The translations under genes were made by a program, and so were the position numbers. The notes beneath the pieces were generated by a model. The model saw only the letters and a list, made by a program, of their open reading frames with translations, was not told the origin of the DNA and ran no database searches. A DNA stretch of 64,000 nucleotides from Patescibacteria group bacterium (GTDB taxonomy: Bacteria; Patescibacteriota; WWE3; UBA101185; UBA10185). Where the stretch lies: positions 24,778-88,777 of the forward strand of contig JBBAAW010000001.1 in assembly GCA_041658075.1 (NCBI GenBank), in the 5' to 3' direction. This document shows positions 59,050 to 64,000 of the stretch, piece after piece (positions within the stretch are counted from its first letter, which is position 1; every line of letters starts with the position of its first letter).

Positions 59050-60727
59050 AATTAACCTTAGTGACAAAAGTTATAAATTAGCCTCGATCGATAAGAAGAT
59101 CATAAAAACCTATTTAGGCGGAAGAGGGCTGGGGGCATACTTATATTCCAAAAGCCCCAAAAAAGCGGAAGATCCTGATAACTCGGTTTTTATAGTTCCA
59201 GGGCTACTTACAGGAACAATGTTTCCTTCCTCAAGTAGAAGTTTTGTAGTTACATCTTCTCCTTTAACAAACTATTACACCGCCTCTTCTTTTGGAGGAA
59301 TGTTTGGGGCGTTTCTTAAACATTCCGGTATTTCTGTTTTGGAAATGTCGGGTCGTTCAAATACTTGGCACTATCTGGTTGTTGAAGACAGTAAGGTTGC
59401 GTTTAAGGATGCAAAGGACTTAATGGGAAAAACAGTGCTCGAAACACAGGAAATTCTGCAGAAGAAATTCAAAGACAGAAAAGTGTCGATAGCTGCAATA
59501 GGGCAGGGAGGAGAAAATTTAGTGAAATTTTCCTCTTTAATGTTCGATAAAAGAGCTGCGGGCAGAACCGGTACAGGTTGGCACTTTGGGTTTAAGAAGA
59601 TAAAGGCCATTGTTGTAGTAGGAGGCAATAATCTTGAAATATCTGAAAATCCTCAGAAGGTGCGGAAAATAATCAGAGAGTTGTTTTCAAAAAAGCTGGA
59701 GAATGACAAGAAAAAACCCGATTACGCCACATCTGCCTTCACGGAATGGTCAAACTTGGTTCAAACCTATCCGGCGAGTAATTATCGGAACAATTTTGTG
59801 TCGGGAAAGGACATCATTGGCTTAAGCGGTGACACACTCAAAAAGTTTGGAGTAAAGAAAGAGGCATGCTGGAGTTGCCCACTTGCCTGCACCAGAATTG
59901 TGAAGGATCAAAAGTTGCAGGAAGTAAAAGGTCCTGAATACGAAACTATTTGGGCACTTGGCGCAAATTGTGACAACTTTGACATGGGGGTTGTTATAAA
60001 GTGTAATCACCTATGTGACAGCTTTAGCTTGGATACTATAAGCACCGGAGGAGTTCTTGCCTGGTATAAGGAGTGTATTGACGTAGGGTTAGTAAGAGAT
60101 AAATGGTCTCCCGATAAAATGTATAAACTGATTGAAGAGACTGCCTTGCGTAAAGGAGTGGGTAAATACTTAGCTGACGGTGTTGTAGTTGCAGCAAAAC
60201 ATTTTGGTTTTGGTTCAGAACTGGTAGCGCACTCAAAAGGGTTGGAATTGCCCGCTTGGGATCCCAGATCGGCAATAGGGATGGCTGTTAGTTATGCTAC
60301 GTCTCCCACCGGCGGTGATCATTGCAAAGGTTGGACCGTAGCGGAAGATACGGCCGAGCCAAAAGTGCGCTTTTCTATCAAAGGCAAGGCGCAAAATGTC
60401 ATAAAGCAACAAAACCGGTCCGCCTTAATAGATTCTCTAGGGACCTGTATGTTCGCGGAATTTTTGTACGACTTGGATATTTGGTCCCAAATAATTTCTG
60501 CTTTTTTTGGCTGGAAAAAATCTTTGGTTGAATTAAACAAAGTGGGTGAAAAAGTATTTGATACTGAGTACAAAATAAATAAAAAGCTCGGGCATAAATT
60601 AAGTGAGAACACTCTTCCTAGTAAGATTATCGATTATGAAATCAAGGTGGATGGAGAAAAAGTCGTTCTCACCCGTAAAATGTTTACCGATATGATGAGG
60701 GATTATGTTAAACTTCGTGGTTGGTAG
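59033..60727 (+). CDS. Aldehyde:ferredoxin oxidoreductase family (W/Mo-pterin, 4Fe-4S)
   Basis: YLGGRGLG, SPLT, AAGRTG, CWSCPLAC, GPEYET, DTISTG, KGLELPAWDPR, DSLGTC. Confidence 0.9.
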   Translation: MANILKINLSDKSYKLASIDKKIIKTYLGGRGLGAYLYSKSPKKAEDPDNSVFIVPGLLTGTMFPSSSRSFVVTSSPLTNYYTASSFGGMFGAFLKHSGISVLEMSGRSNTWHYLVVEDSKVAFKDAKDLMGKTVLETQEILQKKFKDRKVSIAAIGQGGENLVKFSSLMFDKRAAGRTGTGWHFGFKKIKAIVVVGGNNLEISENPQKVRKIIRELFSKKLENDKKKPDYATSAFTEWSNLVQTYPASNYRNNFVSGKDIIGLSGDTLKKFGVKKEACWSCPLACTRIVKDQKLQEVKGPEYETIWALGANCDNFDMGVVIKCNHLCDSFSLDTISTGGVLAWYKECIDVGLVRDKWSPDKMYKLIEETALRKGVGKYLADGVVVAAKHFGFGSELVAHSKGLELPAWDPRSAIGMAVSYATSPTGGDHCKGWTVAEDTAEPKVRFSIKGKAQNVIKQQNRSALIDSLGTCMFAEFLYDLDIWSQIISAFFGWKKSLVELNKVGEKVFDTEYKINKKLGHKLSENTLPSKIIDYEIKVDGEKVVLTRKMFTDMMRDYVKLRGW

Positions 60728-60733
60728 GAATTT

Positions 60734-61222
60734 ATGGAATGTCATCTGGTTGTCCAGAAAATACGAGATTTATTGGAAAGCCGACAGATTAAATACGACT
60801 GTTTTGAACACGAGTCGGTACGTACCAGCGAGGAGGCGTCTAAGATTAGGTCGGGATATACTTTAAAACAGGGAGCCAAGGCTCTAGTGGTTAAGCTCTA
60901 TCTACGTGGTGGAGTAGAGAAGTTTGTGATGTTGGTGGTGCCGGGAGATGCAAAATTCGATAGCAAAAAAGTTAAAAAAATGTTTGACGCTAAAGATCTG
61001 CGGTTTGCCACGGAAAAAGAGGTTGGAGATATTACAGGCGGTGTGTTGGTGGGCGGGGTTCCGCCCTTTGGAAGTTTATTTGGTCTGCAAACTTATATAG
61101 ATCACGAAGTTGAGAAAAATGATCGGATAATTTTTAACGCGGGGGATAGAAGGGTTAGCGTTGCTCTTGCCATCAAAGATTACATATCCACTGAAAACCC
61201 TGTACCGGAGTCACTTGTCTAA
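60734..61222 (+). CDS. YbaK/ProX-family aminoacyl-tRNA deacylase-like protein
   Basis: TSEEA, GAKALV, LRFAT, GGVPPFG, FNAG. Confidence 0.88.
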   Translation: MECHLVVQKIRDLLESRQIKYDCFEHESVRTSEEASKIRSGYTLKQGAKALVVKLYLRGGVEKFVMLVVPGDAKFDSKKVKKMFDAKDLRFATEKEVGDITGGVLVGGVPPFGSLFGLQTYIDHEVEKNDRIIFNAGDRRVSVALAIKDYISTENPVPESLV

Positions 61223-63879
61223 GCATGTTGAGTTTGAGGTTTAAACATTTTTGCCAAGTCGTAAATAACAGAAATTCCCAAACAAAATCCTGCTATCATA
61301 AGCCAATTTTTAATACCTATGGGTGCAGTTTCAAAAAATCCTGAAAGGGGTGTGTAGATTATTAAAAGTGTAGCAATAACGGATCCGATACCAGCCCAAA
61401 CCAAGGGCATGTTGACAAAAGGTGAACGGCTTAACACAGGTTTTCTAAACGACCTAAATGTAAATGCAGTAACTACCTCCACGCATATAAGTGCCGCGGT
61501 TACTGTAGTTGTGGCTTCCACTGCGGTTTGTTTCCAATGATTAAAGCTAAAGTAATTAGCTGTTAGAGCAAAGATTGACATCAGAATTCCGGCAAAGACA
61601 ATTGTTCCTACAGTGAATTTGTTTAGAATACTCTTTGCGTCATGTGGTTTGGCGAGCATTATATCGGGCGAGGTGGGGTTAAAACCTAACGTTATGGCAG
61701 GTATGCTGTCGGTTACCAGGTTCATAAACAGAATTTGAATGGCTGTCATTATTGGTACTTGCCAACCAAAGATAGGGGAAAGAATCACGCCAATAAATAA
61801 GATTACGAGTTCTGCAAAATTGCAGGCTAATTGGAAGGCCACGAACTTTTGAATGTTATTAAAAACTGATCGGCCCTCTTTAATGGCAGAGATTATTGTG
61901 GCAAAATTGTCGTCTTTTAGCGTTATGTCTGCAGCGGCGCGGGATACGTCTGTGCCATTTTTTCCCATAGCAATTCCCACGTGCGACTCTTTTAGCGCGG
62001 GTGCGTCGTTAACGCCATCACCCGTCATAGCCACGATGTGCCCCAATTGTTTTAGCGCTCTAACGATTCTAATCTTATGTTCCGGACGCACCCGCGCAAA
62101 AATTGCCACCGACTCTACCGCGCGCGCAAGTTCTGCGTCACTTAAGTCATCAATTTCCATACCTTCCAGCGCGCGTCCAGTCAAACCAACCTGCTTTCCT
62201 ATAGATACGGCTGTTTCAACATTGTCGCCGGTTATCATTTTTACGTCTATTCCCGCTACTCTGGCCGTTTCTATGGCTTTCCCTACCTCTTCTCGTGGGG
62301 GGTCCTCCAAGGCTAAAACTCCCAAAAATACCAGTTCATTTTCCTGGTAGGCCATGTTTTGTGAAACCACATTGTCGACTTTTTTATAAGCTAGCGCCAG
62401 CGTTCTATATGATCCGCGCGACATTTCGTTAACCAGCGTTTTTATAATATTCTTGTTCGACTCTGTGAGAGGGATTTCTTTACCGTCTTTTGCCAGGAGA
62501 GTGCTTTTTTGTAAAATAATCTCTGGGGCTCCTTTAGCGTAAATGAAGAAGTTACCAGTATTAACGTTTGCAAAGTTTCCTCTAGCTAATACCGACATCA
62601 TTTTCCGCTCCGAACTAAAAGGAATATCTTCTATCCGATCAGCGTTTAAATCCTCTTTATACACTCCAGCTTTGGCTGCTAAAACCAAAAGCGATCCTTC
62701 TGTGGGAGAGCCAACGACTTTTACTGTTGATCCGTTTTCCAACCTTTCTATCTTGGCATCGTTGCAAAGTACAGAGCAAAGCAGTAATTGCTGAAACTCG
62801 GGGGAGTTCGAGCGACCAGGCGTACCATCTCTGGGGACAATTTTTCCATTAGTATCAAATCCAGCCCCGCTTATGTCAAAAATATCATTGCCGCAAAAGA
62901 CCTGTTTGACTGTCATCTGTCCTGTAGTTATTGTGCCTGTTTTGTCACTACATATAACAGTTGTCTCTCCCAATGTTTCAATAACTCCCATTCTATTTAC
63001 TATGGCGTTTTGTTTGGCCATTCTTCCCGCTCCCACCGCCAAAGTTGTAGTTAATACCACAGGCAGCCCCTCCGGAAAAGATGATACAGACAGAGCTACA
63101 ACCAGAATTAAAATGTTGGTAATATTTATCCAATCTGTAGATGGGTTTCTGGTAAACATTAAGGCTCCGGTGGCAATAGATACAATTACTCCCACCACTA
63201 CCGTATATTTTCCAATGGAGTTAACCTGTTTTTGCAGAGTAAGTTCTTTTTCTGCGCCGGAGATTAGAGATGCGATTTTTCCAAATTTTGTATTCATTCC
63301 GGTATGAAGTATTTGCGCTATGCAATGTCCGCTTACAATAAAGGATCCCATGTAAACCATACTTTCCTCCCGACACTTTTCGGCATTTTCACAAATACCC
63401 TTTTCTACCTCCTTTGACTCTCCCGTTAGAATAGACTCGTTAACCAGTAGCGACTTTTGCTCAAGAACTGCACTATCGGCCGGAACCTTTTCCCCATTTC
63501 TCAAGAGCAGAATGTCGCCCGGTACCAAACTTATACTTTCCACTTGTTGCTCCCGCCCATCTCTGATAACCGTTGTGAATTGTGTGAGCATATTCTTTAA
63601 TGCCACAACAGCTTTCTCTGCTTTGTATTCTTGAATAAAACCAAAAACCACCACAACTATCACCACAGCAAAAAGTGTGTACATGGTTTCACTTTTTCCT
63701 ACAGCAAAGGAGATAACCGCTGATATCACTAATAGATAGATAATAAAGTTGCCCCTAATTTGTCTTAATAAAATTTTGAGAGGACTTGTTTTGTTTGACT
63801 CTTTTATTTGGTTTGGACCGTATTGGGCAAGCCTTTTTTGTGCCTCGCTTTGCGTGAGTCCTTTATAACCTTGGGACAT
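61219..63879 (-). CDS. P-type cation-transporting ATPase (type II, Ca2+-like)
   Basis: TGES, PEGL, DKTGT, KGAPE, TGDGVNDAPAL. Confidence 0.95.
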   Translation of the reverse strand: MSQGYKGLTQSEAQKRLAQYGPNQIKESNKTSPLKILLRQIRGNFIIYLLVISAVISFAVGKSETMYTLFAVVIVVVVFGFIQEYKAEKAVVALKNMLTQFTTVIRDGREQQVESISLVPGDILLLRNGEKVPADSAVLEQKSLLVNESILTGESKEVEKGICENAEKCREESMVYMGSFIVSGHCIAQILHTGMNTKFGKIASLISGAEKELTLQKQVNSIGKYTVVVGVIVSIATGALMFTRNPSTDWINITNILILVVALSVSSFPEGLPVVLTTTLAVGAGRMAKQNAIVNRMGVIETLGETTVICSDKTGTITTGQMTVKQVFCGNDIFDISGAGFDTNGKIVPRDGTPGRSNSPEFQQLLLCSVLCNDAKIERLENGSTVKVVGSPTEGSLLVLAAKAGVYKEDLNADRIEDIPFSSERKMMSVLARGNFANVNTGNFFIYAKGAPEIILQKSTLLAKDGKEIPLTESNKNIIKTLVNEMSRGSYRTLALAYKKVDNVVSQNMAYQENELVFLGVLALEDPPREEVGKAIETARVAGIDVKMITGDNVETAVSIGKQVGLTGRALEGMEIDDLSDAELARAVESVAIFARVRPEHKIRIVRALKQLGHIVAMTGDGVNDAPALKESHVGIAMGKNGTDVSRAAADITLKDDNFATIISAIKEGRSVFNNIQKFVAFQLACNFAELVILFIGVILSPIFGWQVPIMTAIQILFMNLVTDSIPAITLGFNPTSPDIMLAKPHDAKSILNKFTVGTIVFAGILMSIFALTANYFSFNHWKQTAVEATTTVTAALICVEVVTAFTFRSFRKPVLSRSPFVNMPLVWAGIGSVIATLLIIYTPLSGFFETAPIGIKNWLMIAGFCLGISVIYDLAKMFKPQTQHA

Positions 63880-63924
63880 GACCTCATTATACTTTAATTT
63901 ATCTTACAGCAAAGAACCTCTAGG

Positions 63925-63999
63925 CTATCGGTTCCATGCTCGCATTTGTTCTTGGATTCGTTCGGCAACGTAACCGCATGCTTCGAGAACTGTTTCCGC
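63925..63999 (-). CDS. Possible 3' end of a gene entering from beyond the window (..AETVLEACGYVAERIQEQMRAWNR*)
   Basis: Open frame from the window edge to TAG at 63925; too short to identify. Confidence 0.3.
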   Translation of the reverse strand, partial: AETVLEACGYVAERIQEQMRAWNR

Positions 64000-64000
64000 A

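Noticed and set aside
1-64000. CRISPR array, transposase, integrase, prophage or rRNA
   Set aside because: By eye, no regularly spaced repeats or matching protein motifs; the many short antisense ORFs in the track lie inside well-supported genes

Overview
Bacterial chromosome segment using the standard genetic code (TGA is a stop). It is AT-rich and gene-dense. Gene content and style suggest Patescibacteria/CPR, possibly WWE3/Microgenomates-like; this is inference, not proof. About 45 kb (1-45.7 kb, mostly minus strand) is a surface-glycan locus containing GT2/GT4 transferases, several GT-C membrane transferases, polyprenol-P-sugar synthases, two Wzx flippases, ugd, uxs, asnB, gmd, a ColD-type dehydratase and a split transketolase. 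After it come greA-lysS-HD-serS, more glycan genes, tRNA-Ser(GCT), tRNA-Pro(GGG), a TPR/GT-C protein, an SGNH protein with a frameshifted acyltransferase-3, an aldehyde:ferredoxin oxidoreductase, two YbaK proteins and a P-type ATPase. The most interesting signals are missing from the ORF track. (1) Two tandem minus-strand cassettes at 53.5-54.15 kb each have their own promoter, SD and 3' hairpin and encode related 57- and 46-aa six-cysteine peptides (CxCGCxxCxxGxHCG...C) behind a double-glycine-type motif. (2) Several GC-rich single-gene cassettes use a strong SD, while many resident genes have a -10 box 6-8 nt before the start codon (leaderless). (3) An 18-bp duplication of the tRNA-Ser 3' end brackets a mini-island. 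(4) There is a 28-aa K/R-rich peptide gene. (5) The sugar genes suggest a GDP-linked branched-chain dideoxysugar pathway.
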